From an uncultured Sphaerobacteraceae bacterium (GTDB lineage Bacteria; Chloroflexota; Chloroflexia; Thermomicrobiales; UBA6265): a stretch of 64,000 nucleotides of DNA. Below, in pieces: positions 1 to 8,711 of the stretch (position 1 is the stretch's first letter; every line of letters begins with the position of its first letter). Both the position numbers and the translations under genes were made by a program. The notes under the pieces are model-generated. The model searched no databases and was not told the DNA's origin. It worked only from the letters and a program-made list of their open reading frames with translations. The stretch lies in the NCBI GenBank assembly GCA_964371945.1, contig CAYJPA010000023.1, positions 37 through 64,036 on the forward strand, in the 5' to 3' direction.

Positions 1-28
1 AGCGCGGACACGCAGTTGATACCGTCTC

Positions 29-123
29 GTAGGGGTGTATGGCATACACCCTGTTCGAGTTCACCGAGCCTCACCTAGAGAATGTGGTGGTAATGAGCGC
101 GGGCGTATGCCATACGCCCCTAC
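29..123. repeat. REP-like inverted doublet (REPIN/BIME-like): two GTAG-footed hairpins
   Basis: 29-51 GTAG-GGGTGTAT-GGC-ATACACCC and 101-123 GGGCGTAT-GCC-ATACGCCC-CTAC are near-exact reverse complements, each an 8-bp hairpin with GTAG at its foot. Confidence 0.75.
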
Positions 124-210
124 GCAATGAAAACGACCTTTCTTGCTTACGTGATCGGACTCTAGCGGAACGAAAAAGGCTGATATTAGAGCGCCAACAT
201 TGGGGAAGGT

Positions 211-444
211 TCAGACAGGTCGTTTCATGTCCCGCAACTCGTTAGCAAGGAGCTTGGTTCCCTCCGCACGCCCTACATCGATTCCACGCATCAGCTCCTC
301 GAGCGCAACGCGCTGCTCTTCGGGCGATTCCGAGTCATCCTCAAGCCATGAATCGAGGAGCGCGATGAGTGGCTTGTTTCGCTCGATCTGGAGTCGCCTC
401 TGTTCCTCGTCCAAATCATTGGAGTTAGGCTTTCTCAAAACCAT
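211..444 (-). CDS. Small acidic protein, probable orphan type II antitoxin
   Basis: ORF 211..555 trimmed to ATG at 444 (MVLRKPNS...). The segment NKPLIALLDSWLEDDSESPEEQ...LEELMRGID...KL resembles antitoxins that precede PIN toxins in Chloroflexi/cyanobacteria. No intact toxin downstream. Confidence 0.45.
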   Translation of the reverse strand: MVLRKPNSNDLDEEQRRLQIERNKPLIALLDSWLEDDSESPEEQRVALEELMRGIDVGRAEGTKLLANELRDMKRPV

Positions 445-553
445 TATTGGGCACCTCTCAATTCCAAAACTGCGATTAGCCTTCGGGAGTATAGGATTCC
501 CGTCTGACCGTTCAAGAATAAGGCTACTCGAACACCAAAAGGAAGTACTGGTC

Positions 554-1421
554 ATGAAGCGGATAACATTCGGAATTCAGACGGTGCCGAACAAGCCGTG
601 GCCGGAGATGGTCGCGACCTGGCAACGGGTCGAGGCGCTGGGGTTCGATTCGGTGTGGGTGCCCGATCTCTTCGTGCCGACGTATCACCGCGATCTGCCC
701 TTTATGGAGGCGTGGACGCTGCTCGCGGGCTTGGCGACCGTGACCTCGCGCATTCGAGTCGGCGTGCTGGTCAGTTGCAATACGTTTCGGCATCCGGCGC
801 TGCTGGCGAAGGAGGCGGTGACCGTCGATCACATCTCGAACGGCCGGCTCGAGCTCGGGATCGGAACCGGTTGGGTCGAGTTCGAACACGAGATGTTCGG
901 TATCCGCTATCCGGATGCGCCGGAGCGGGTCGCGATGTACGGCGAGGCGGTGCAGATCGTCGATGCGCTCCTCCGTAACGATGCGACGACCTTCGCTGGA
1001 GCGCATTACCAGCTCAACGAGGCGCCGTTCCGGCCGGGTCCGGTGCAGAAGCCACGGCCCCCGCTCACGCTCGCGGCGCATAGCCCGCGGATGTTGCGTT
1101 TGATTGCGCCGTTCGCCGACCGCTGGAACTCGATGGGGTCGCCGGCCGAGATGCAGGAACGTGGCGCGGCTTGATGAAGCGTGTCGAGCGATCGGTCGCG
1201 ATCCGGGCGAGATCGCCAGATCGCTGCTCTATGTTCCGGCGCTTGCGCCGGATGAGAAGCCCTGGGATTCCGTCGACGCGTTCGCGGATTTTGCCGGGAG
1301 ATACCGGGAAGCGGGCGTTGGCGAGCTCATTTTGCAGCCACCACCGGATGGGAACTGGGCGATTGTCGAGCGAATCGCGACCGATCTCCTGCCGAGCCTG
1401 AGGACGGCAAAGGTCGGGTAG
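554..1421 (+). pseudogene. LLM-class (luciferase-like, F420-dependent type) oxidoreductase, frameshifted near 1165
   Basis: MKRITFGIQT...GFDSVWVPD...EAWTLLAGLA...RHPALLAKEAVTVDHISNGRLELGIGTGW stops at 1174. The C-terminus (RLDEACRAIGRDP...YREAGVGELIL) continues in another frame to 1421. A sequencing error is not excluded. Confidence 0.75.
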
Positions 1422-1506
1422 TCCTCGATTTCGTTATACTCGTTGCACAGAACACAATGCCCGGGCTGGGGTATGAGCTCCGCCGGTGTGTCCGGAGACC
1501 CTTTGG

Positions 1507-1767
1507 ATGTCCAGCGATATCGCTAGTTTGCTCGATTTTTTCTTCACTGTGCTCACGTTCGCGATCATCGGGCGGGCGTTACTCTCCTGGTTCGATCCGG
1601 GATTCAAAACAGCCATTGGACAGATTATCTACAGCATCACCGAACCAATCGTTGGACCGATCCGGCGAGTACTGCCGTCGCTAGGGATGTTCGACATCTC
1701 ACCAATCATTGCAATACTCGTGATTCAAGTGATCTCCAGGCTGATCCAAGATGCTCTTCTGTCGTGA
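1507..1767 (+). CDS. YggT family membrane protein
   Basis: IIGRALLSWF...IYSITEPIVGPIRRVLP..GMFDISPIIA is the YggT signature. Confidence 0.9.
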   Translation: MSSDIASLLDFFFTVLTFAIIGRALLSWFDPGFKTAIGQIIYSITEPIVGPIRRVLPSLGMFDISPIIAILVIQVISRLIQDALLS

Positions 1768-1885
1768 ATCAGGCAGCGAGTCACTAACCACCAGATAACA
1801 TGGACTGGACGAGGCTCGCATGATGGCCTAAAGTCATGCCGTCATCGATATGCGGATCAGTGAAACATCACATGAGGGCGGAACG

Positions 1886-2008
1886 ATGGGCCGAGTAATC
1901 CAACTGGTCTCCATGGCGGGGGTATTGGTCCTGATCGTACTTGTGGTCATGGCGATCCTGGCGCTGACCGGCCAGTACGAACCGTCGTTCACAAATCCCC
2001 CGAGCTAA
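1886..2008 (+). CDS. 40-aa single-TM small protein (weakly Flp-pilin-like)
   Basis: Below the ORF-track cutoff: MGRVIQLVSMAGVLVLIVLVVMAILALTGQYEPSFTNPPS*, with purine-rich GAGGGCGG upstream. Confidence 0.4.
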   Translation: MGRVIQLVSMAGVLVLIVLVVMAILALTGQYEPSFTNPPS

Positions 2009-2166
2009 GACAAGCAGCCTTCTCGCGAACTGAAGCACACGTCGCCTTGGCGATGTGTGCATTCTTTGTGTTCGGTGCAGTCGGGAACAAATCAGAACGT
2101 CTCGTCGTCTCACTCTCAGGAACCGGGAAGATGCTCCGGTAGGTTTTCAGAGTAAGAGGTGTTCAG

Positions 2167-3087
2167 ATGCATTCAGTTCTTTCGCGACGACGTTTCTTGG
2201 GCGTGCTCGGCGGAGCGGTTTTCGTTTCCGCGGCCACGCTATCCGCAACTCGACCTGGAGTCGATTCCGTAGCGGCGTTGACCTTCATTTCCGGGACGCC
2301 GGGGCCGGTCGATCCAGGCGATCAGGTCCTGCTTCGCATCCACAACGAGGGTGGATTCGTACCGGTCGAGTATCCGCTGACCGCCATTCCAACCTTCTCT
2401 CTCTATGCCGGCGGCCGGGCGATCACGACAGGACCGATGATCGAAATCTTCCCGCAACCAGCGCTGCCAAATCTACGTGAACTGAAACTTTCCGGGGCCG
2501 GCATTGCGCGGGTGCTCGCGGAAGCGAAGGCAGCCGACTTGACCGACGGTCCAAACTATTACGGCAGCACCAAGATTACCGATGTCCAGACGACGTACTT
2601 CACGTACAACGACGGCGCGATCTCGAATACAGTGTCGGCCTATGCGCTCGGTTTCGACGAACAGTTGATCGCGAACCCGGAGGATCTTGAAGCGAGGGCG
2701 AAGCTGATCGAGCTCCAGTCGTTTCTGATGGACCTTACGACGAACCTCGCCCCGGAGGAGGTCGCGGAACCAGACAAATCCTACGAGATCGAGCAGATTA
2801 GGATCTACGCTCAGGTTTACGATCCATCCACCGTCGACGATGAGCTCGAGCAGCCGCCGATGCCATGGCCGCTGGAGACCGCACTCTCAGTGTTTGGGAA
2901 TCCTCTTCGAGAGGGGCCGCTGTCCTTGAACACCCGGTGCGGAGCACTCACAGGCGATGAAGCGACGGTCGTTGTCGAGGCGCTGACGAAGGCGAATCAG
3001 TTGACGCCGTGGGAAAGCAAGGGCGAACAGTACCGGCTTTGGGTACGACCGCTGTTGCCGGAGGAGAGCGGTTGCCCGGATCAGTGA
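2167..3087 (+). CDS. Tat-exported hypothetical protein
   Basis: SRRRFLGVLGG twin-arginine signal followed by a 306-aa acidic ORF; two C-terminal Cys. Confidence 0.75.
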   Translation: MHSVLSRRRFLGVLGGAVFVSAATLSATRPGVDSVAALTFISGTPGPVDPGDQVLLRIHNEGGFVPVEYPLTAIPTFSLYAGGRAITTGPMIEIFPQPALPNLRELKLSGAGIARVLAEAKAADLTDGPNYYGSTKITDVQTTYFTYNDGAISNTVSAYALGFDEQLIANPEDLEARAKLIELQSFLMDLTTNLAPEEVAEPDKSYEIEQIRIYAQVYDPSTVDDELEQPPMPWPLETALSVFGNPLREGPLSLNTRCGALTGDEATVVVEALTKANQLTPWESKGEQYRLWVRPLLPEESGCPDQ

Positions 3088-3309
3088 CGGATTGTGGATG
3101 GTTTCGGGCCAAAGGGGTGTCGATAAGCGCCGTCCAATCATCGGCCTTGGTTGGTTTGAATCGGGGGCGGACACGGCGGTTCGCCCCCGCAGAATTGTCC
3201 CATTTTGACCTGGTTCCGCCAGTACAGTTGCGACAACCGTAAGGGGCCGACCGCCGTGTCTGCTCTTACTCACACCAAGCAGTGCCTGCAGGCATATCTC
3301 GGGCTTTGG

Positions 3310-5220
3310 TCAGTCAGACGCGATGCCAGCCGTGGTTGGTTGCGATCCGAAGACGATGTCCATCAGGCGGAGGGCGTTGGTCGAGTTCGCGATCCCCGGC
3401 CGCAGTTTGTAGTCGAAGCTCATGCCATTTGCGATCATCGTGTCTCTCAAATGCACCGCGTGAGCGATCGTCGAAAGCTCAGGCCCCTCGGCCAGCGTCA
3501 GGTCGTGCGTCGAGACCGCGCCGAGGGCGCCGGCATCGGCCAGATGCCGGATAACGCGTCTGGCAGCAATCTGGCGCTCGGCGGTGTTCGTGCCCTGAAG
3601 AATTTCGTCGAGGAGATAGAGGAGTGGTCGACCGTCGGGATCGGATTCGTTCGCGGCATCGACCACGGCCTTAAGTCGCTGCAGCTCCGCCATGAAGAAC
3701 GAGACGCCGCGCTCGAGCGAATCCTCGACTCGAACGCTCGTCCAGAGCCTAACCGGCGGCGTGATCATCCGCGCGGCGCACACTGGACCCCCAGCGCCGG
3801 CGAGCACGGTATTGACGCCGATCGCGCGCAACAAGGTGCTCTTGCCGGACATATTCGAGCCAGTGACCAGCAGGAACGATCCCGCCGGTCCGATCACGAC
3901 ATCATTTGTCACTCGTTCGGTGTCGGGAAGGAGCGGATGTCCGATTCCTTCCGCGCTTACCGTTGGCGCGTCCGGGAGAACGTCCGGCATCGTCCAGGTT
4001 GGTTGATCGTGCGCCAGTCCCGCCAGTGCGGTCAGCGCTTCGGTATCCCCAATCGTGCCGAGCCAATCGCGGACGTGATGACCCGCGAGGCGTTGCCACG
4101 CTTCGAGCCGTCCCAGCACATTGACGTCCCAGGCGAAGACCGACTGCAGCGGGAGATACAGCAAGGTTCCAGGCGGGACCGCAAAACCGGCATGCTTGCC
4201 AAGCGTGGACAGGAGCGTCGACGCCGAATGCCCGTCTGATTTCAAGCGACCCCGGTTTGTCTCGAGCAGGCTCGATTGCCCCGGCATTGCCTCGATGTGC
4301 GACAGCAATTGTGCAAACTGGCTGATCGACGGATAGTGCTCGGCCACAAGCGCGATCCGTACGCGGGCCTCCGACGCAATGACCTGAGTAAGCACGATGT
4401 TCGCGGCCGCGACGACGATGCAGACGATCGCAGGCAGCCAACCGATGCCAGCGGCGATCGCCGAAGCGAAGAAGAGCACGGGGCCAGCGATGCTAAGTGC
4501 CTGGATGAGTGGTTTGCCGCGCAACCATGGTTCGCGCTCACACCACTCGAGCAATGGTTCGGGATTCGGGCGGATTTCGCCAATTAGGCGTCCTCGAACA
4601 GCCAGCTCCTGGCGCCACTCGAGCTCCGGCGCCAACTCGGTGACCGCGAGCTGACGATTGCGAATCTCGGCCGGCCGGGCTGGAACCAACAACCAATCCT
4701 GCAGCCGCGTCGCGCCCATTGGGGTCTCGACAGATTCGAGTAGGTGAAACAGCGACGCGTGGCCGAACAGGTCGAGATCGTTGGCGAAGGCGTGACCAGT
4801 CGCTGCTTTGAAGTCGTGGCGGAGAGGCAGCTCATTCCAATCGCGATCGCCACGCAGGATTGATTCACGATTGATGTCATGAAACGCCACGGCTTGTTTC
4901 AGTTCCCGCCCGATTCGCCGGTGCTGCCCGATCAGCAGGAGAAAAGCAAGCGCCAACACAGCGGAGGCAATGTAAATCCAGAGCGAGCCAAACTGAAGCC
5001 CGAGGAGCAGGAGCGCGAGTGTCGCGAAGAATGCGGCCAGACGGATGTTGCCAAGGAGATTCCAGCGTCGTCGCAGCTCGTCACGTTCGGCGCCGTATCT
5101 GTTTCGGCGGACATCGTATGCGAGACGCCGTTGGGCGGTCTCCTCATCGAGTTCGATAACTGAGCCGATGCGTTCGATCAAGTTTTCAATCCTAAGCGTT
5201 GGGTGATTCACGGCCGCCAC
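3310..5220 (-). CDS. Membrane-anchored MutS-family ATPase (domain V, no mismatch-binding domain)
   Basis: Walker A TGSNMSGKSTLLR, SFFMAEL signature, Walker B LLDEILQGTNTAER, STHD; hydrophobic helices near residues 58-95 and 240-280. Confidence 0.9.
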   Translation of the reverse strand: MAAVNHPTLRIENLIERIGSVIELDEETAQRRLAYDVRRNRYGAERDELRRRWNLLGNIRLAAFFATLALLLLGLQFGSLWIYIASAVLALAFLLLIGQHRRIGRELKQAVAFHDINRESILRGDRDWNELPLRHDFKAATGHAFANDLDLFGHASLFHLLESVETPMGATRLQDWLLVPARPAEIRNRQLAVTELAPELEWRQELAVRGRLIGEIRPNPEPLLEWCEREPWLRGKPLIQALSIAGPVLFFASAIAAGIGWLPAIVCIVVAAANIVLTQVIASEARVRIALVAEHYPSISQFAQLLSHIEAMPGQSSLLETNRGRLKSDGHSASTLLSTLGKHAGFAVPPGTLLYLPLQSVFAWDVNVLGRLEAWQRLAGHHVRDWLGTIGDTEALTALAGLAHDQPTWTMPDVLPDAPTVSAEGIGHPLLPDTERVTNDVVIGPAGSFLLVTGSNMSGKSTLLRAIGVNTVLAGAGGPVCAARMITPPVRLWTSVRVEDSLERGVSFFMAELQRLKAVVDAANESDPDGRPLLYLLDEILQGTNTAERQIAARRVIRHLADAGALGAVSTHDLTLAEGPELSTIAHAVHLRDTMIANGMSFDYKLRPGIANSTNALRLMDIVFGSQPTTAGIASD

Positions 5221-5379
5221 TCAACACCGTCCGTGGCTTCCGCGGTTGAGGTGACGCCGCGTGGCGCGGTGGTCCTGTTCCTTATCGCTTCGACCACCAA
5301 GCGGGGACGATAGCCGCCGAGGCATGTTGTATCACCGGTCAACCAGGTTGCTCAGTTAGGTGGGAGTCAGAAATGAACG

Positions 5380-6363
5380 CTAGCGAGTCTCGACGGGGAG
5401 GTATTGGCCGTCTTCGACGCCTTCGGTCACTTCTTCGCCGGCAAATTCCTCACCGTCCTCGTATTCGTCATATTCGTCCGCGTATTCGCCGTACTCGTCA
5501 TCGTCAACCGGCAGGCCGTCGAAGCCGCCGGCGTACCCTGGGAGCGATTGCTGTACAAGTGGGTGTTGCGGATTCAACTCGGTGGTCACGAGCTCCTGAT
5601 TCTGGCCATTCACGGTTTGACGCTTGGTGAGGATTCCCTTGCGCAGGAATTCCATCACCTTGGCCTCGATATGCTCCGATGGCAGCAGCGTTCGATCGAG
5701 GAAGCGCCAAAGCGTCCGGCTCATGTGGCTCTGTGTCGGTACGAAGCCTGGGTGGAGTTGCCTAACGTAGGCGTCGATTGCTTTGATGACCGCGAGATCG
5801 ACATCGATCGATTGCGACATATGCAGCGGATCTTCCTCGCCGGCCGCGGCCACGAGATCTGGACTGACCGAACCCGGAACGCCCGAAATGATGACCCTCT
5901 TGCCAAGGCGGTTGCGAAGTGTGGTGACGACCCGGATGAAATCCTTGTCGCCGGTGAAGAGCAGGAAGGTCTTAATGTCAGGGCGGGCAAGGGCGGTATT
6001 GATGATATCGATCGCGAAGTTCAGGTCGGAGCGGGAGACGATTTTTTCGCGGCCCTGGTTATCGGTTGCTCGCTTGGCGGGATAGTGCTGAGCTTCGAAT
6101 CCAGCGACATCCAAGCGGTTTCGCACCGGCAGCGGGTGTTGATCAAAATCGGCATATGCTCTGGCGACGGCCATCAGGCCATATTTGAGCGCCTTGTCGC
6201 GCCAGGTGATCGGATCGGGCTCTCTGCCGAAGGAGTTGATGGTCGAATAGCGGATATTTTCAAAGTCGACGAATACAGCTACTTCCGGTTCAGTTGCATT
6301 GCTCCCACTTTGCCGTCCGCCTGATGGATTCGCGACGGTCCCGCCAAAAACATCGTCACTCAT
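5380..6363 (-). CDS. NYN (LabA/DUF88) domain protein with acidic C-terminal tail
   Basis: VFVDFENI, SRSDLNFAID, LFTGDKDF acidic PIN-fold motifs. Confidence 0.85.
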   Translation of the reverse strand: MSDDVFGGTVANPSGGRQSGSNATEPEVAVFVDFENIRYSTINSFGREPDPITWRDKALKYGLMAVARAYADFDQHPLPVRNRLDVAGFEAQHYPAKRATDNQGREKIVSRSDLNFAIDIINTALARPDIKTFLLFTGDKDFIRVVTTLRNRLGKRVIISGVPGSVSPDLVAAAGEEDPLHMSQSIDVDLAVIKAIDAYVRQLHPGFVPTQSHMSRTLWRFLDRTLLPSEHIEAKVMEFLRKGILTKRQTVNGQNQELVTTELNPQHPLVQQSLPGYAGGFDGLPVDDDEYGEYADEYDEYEDGEEFAGEEVTEGVEDGQYLPVETR

Positions 6364-6609
6364 GACTCACGCCTCCAAGACATATTGATTTCATGATGCC
6401 TTCAACTAGTCCGTGCTCTAGGATCGGAGCGGAGTCAGTGCGAGGATGGTCGCTATGAACGAGGCGCAATTCAATCCCTTTGCACCGGCGTTCGTTTTCA
6501 GCTTAGTGATCAACGCCCGCGACCCGGTCGCTCAGCGCAATCAAACCTACCTGACCAACCAGAGATGATGCGAACTCCATCAACCGATACAAACTTATGA
6601 CGCTTTAAT

Positions 6610-6646
6610 CTGACCCGTGCTTCGCTGAACGAGCGCACGCGGTCAG
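6610..6646 (-). terminator. Hairpin downstream of ROK gene
   Basis: CTGACC-CGTGC...GCACG-C-GGTCAG inverted repeat about 40 bp past the ROK stop; weak U-tract. Confidence 0.35.
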
Positions 6647-6687
6647 TCTATCACGATGGGATTATGTCGTTGGGTTGGCAACGTTCA

Positions 6688-7689
6688 CTACGCCGCGCCG
6701 GCCGCTTCCGCGCCGAGGATCGCGGCGCCAACGACACCGGAATCGTCGCCCAGTCCCGCTTTGACGATGGCGACATTTCGCGCGGCGGCCGGCAGTGCTT
6801 CCCGAAGTGCCCGAAACTCCGCAACATGAAAGAGGATATCCACGGCTTCGATGACACCGCCGCCCAGAATGACCCGGCTGGGATTGAGCAAATTGATCGC
6901 GGAAGCGATCCCGTATCCGAGATATCGGCCGGCATCCTCGATCGCCTCGACCACAAGCTCGTCGCCGTCCCTGACGGCCTGCGCAAGGATCCCGGAGCGG
7001 AGTGCGGTTCCGCCTGGCTCGTCGTCTTTGAGGTCGGGTGCGATCTTTAGCAAACTAGAGGGTCGGCCCCTCCGCAAATCCCCGATTATCGATCTGGTAA
7101 TGGCGGTACGCGAGGCATATGCTTCGAGATGCCCGCGGCCGCCGCAACCGCAGAGTCGCCCGTTTGCATGAATGACCAGATGGCCAATCTCGCCTGCCGA
7201 GCCCGACGAGCCCTTGACCAACTTGCCGTTGCGAACGATCGCGCCACCGACACCAGTTCCGACAAAGATGCAGAGGAAGTCGGAAATGTCTCGGCCAGCG
7301 CCAAAACGGGCCTCGCCCATCGCGGCAATTTGAACATCGTTGCGCAATGCCGCGGGCACGCCGTACCGCTCACGCAGCCGTTTCGCCATCGGCAGATTGA
7401 CGGTCGCCTGGCTCAAATTTGGCGCGCCGAGCAGCACCCCCTCGGCGGAATCAACCTGACCGGCAATTCCGACTCCCACACCGACGAGATCGCCTTTCTT
7501 GATCGTCTTCACCGCGCGCAAAGCCCCGTCGGCGACATGGTAGATGCGAGCCATGAGCTCATCCGGTCCGTCACCGGAATTGCTCCGTGTTTTGTCCGAT
7601 CCGACTACTTTGCCATTGGACAGATCGACGACCGCCGCGAGCACTTTTGTTCCACCAAAATCGATTCCAAGGGCGTATGGTCCAGCCAT
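6688..7689 (-). CDS. ROK family kinase (glucokinase-like)
   Basis: LGIDFGGTK, NDVQIAAMGE, VGTGVGG, GEIGH, CGCGGRGHLEAYAS; start taken at MAGPY (7689). Confidence 0.92.
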   Translation of the reverse strand: MAGPYALGIDFGGTKVLAAVVDLSNGKVVGSDKTRSNSGDGPDELMARIYHVADGALRAVKTIKKGDLVGVGVGIAGQVDSAEGVLLGAPNLSQATVNLPMAKRLRERYGVPAALRNDVQIAAMGEARFGAGRDISDFLCIFVGTGVGGAIVRNGKLVKGSSGSAGEIGHLVIHANGRLCGCGGRGHLEAYASRTAITRSIIGDLRRGRPSSLLKIAPDLKDDEPGGTALRSGILAQAVRDGDELVVEAIEDAGRYLGYGIASAINLLNPSRVILGGGVIEAVDILFHVAEFRALREALPAAARNVAIVKAGLGDDSGVVGAAILGAEAAGAA

Positions 7690-7810
7690 ATTGGATTCAC
7701 CTCCCGTCGTCAACGGGTTTCCGCCAGTTTCGTGCCACGTCGATACGTGGACACCGTTACAGTACGGCAATCGAATTCATCACACATGTTCGCAATGAAA
7801 GTACGACGAG

Positions 7811-8668
7811 ATGACGATCAATCGAATTGTTCCATTCTGGAAGATGAGTGGAAGTGGGAACGATTTCGTTGTAATCGATAACCGAGGCGGCATCGTGTCA
7901 GGCGATCAGGCCGCCGAATTCACACGAGCGGTCTGTAAACACCGGGTCTCGGTGGGGGCGGACGGAGTCGTGTTGATCGACGCCAGCAGCGAACCTGGAG
8001 TGCATTTTCGCTGGCGCTACATTAATGCAGATGGAAGCGATGGCGAGATGTGTGGCAACGGAGCCATGTGCGGCGCTCGGTTCGCCGTGTTGCACGCGAT
8101 TGCTCCACCGGACTGCGTTTTTCGAACCGAAAGCGGATTGGTGCATGCGATGGTGGATGTCGGATCGCCTCGCGTTCGAATCGAGGTCAACGATCCCGGA
8201 CAAATATGCCGGGACCTCGCGGTCGATGCCGGCGGGCGCGATCTGGTGCTTCACTCGTTGAAGGTCGGGGTGCCACATGCCGTCCTGATCGTGGAGGATG
8301 TCGACGCGTTCGCGCCCGGGTCGACGCTCATTCCCATTGGACATGCAGTTCGTCACCACGAGGTATTTGCGCCCGTGGGCACGAATTTGAATGTGATTGC
8401 CGTGCTGGATCGGGGAACGGTACGCATGCGCACGTATGAACGGGGAGTCGAAGACGAAACGCTCGCCTGCGGAACCGGCTCGATTGCAAGTGCAATCGTG
8501 GCGACCGTGTTAGGACTCGCCGAGCCACCAATCGACGTGATTACGACGAGCGGGCGTATCCTTGAAGTTGACTTCTCGTGGGATGATGGACGGGTAAGCA
8601 ATGTCACGCTCAGGGGCGAAGCGCGGATCGTCGTTCGAGGAGAGATCGATCCGGAAGCGCTAAGGTAG
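7811..8668 (+). CDS. dapF: Diaminopimelate epimerase
   Basis: KMSGSGNDF, GADG, NADGSDGEMCGNGAMC, VGVPH, GTN, TYERGVEDETLACGTG. Confidence 0.96.
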   Translation: MTINRIVPFWKMSGSGNDFVVIDNRGGIVSGDQAAEFTRAVCKHRVSVGADGVVLIDASSEPGVHFRWRYINADGSDGEMCGNGAMCGARFAVLHAIAPPDCVFRTESGLVHAMVDVGSPRVRIEVNDPGQICRDLAVDAGGRDLVLHSLKVGVPHAVLIVEDVDAFAPGSTLIPIGHAVRHHEVFAPVGTNLNVIAVLDRGTVRMRTYERGVEDETLACGTGSIASAIVATVLGLAEPPIDVITTSGRILEVDFSWDDGRVSNVTLRGEARIVVRGEIDPEALR

Positions 8669-8711
8669 CGTCTAGCGAAACTCATACGAACGCCGAGGCA
8701 TCACACAACCG

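Noticed and set aside
29-123. Possible CRISPR repeat pair
   Set aside because: Only two units, inverted rather than direct, and no cas genes; fits REP.
200-553. N-terminal 118 aa of ORF 200..1174
   Set aside because: Ser-rich antisense shadow of the 211..444 gene; LLM similarity begins at the ATG at 554.
3205-4239. 344-aa plus-strand ORF
   Set aside because: Antisense to the MutS-like gene, Arg-rich, no motifs; typical high-GC shadow ORF. The same applies to 5404..6324, 7129..7881, 17185..17991, 41554..42321, 44714..45649 and 53196-region ORFs.
6455-6568. 37-aa ORF MNEAQFNP... in the NYN-ROK gap
   Set aside because: No recognisable features; lies in the expected promoter/terminator space.
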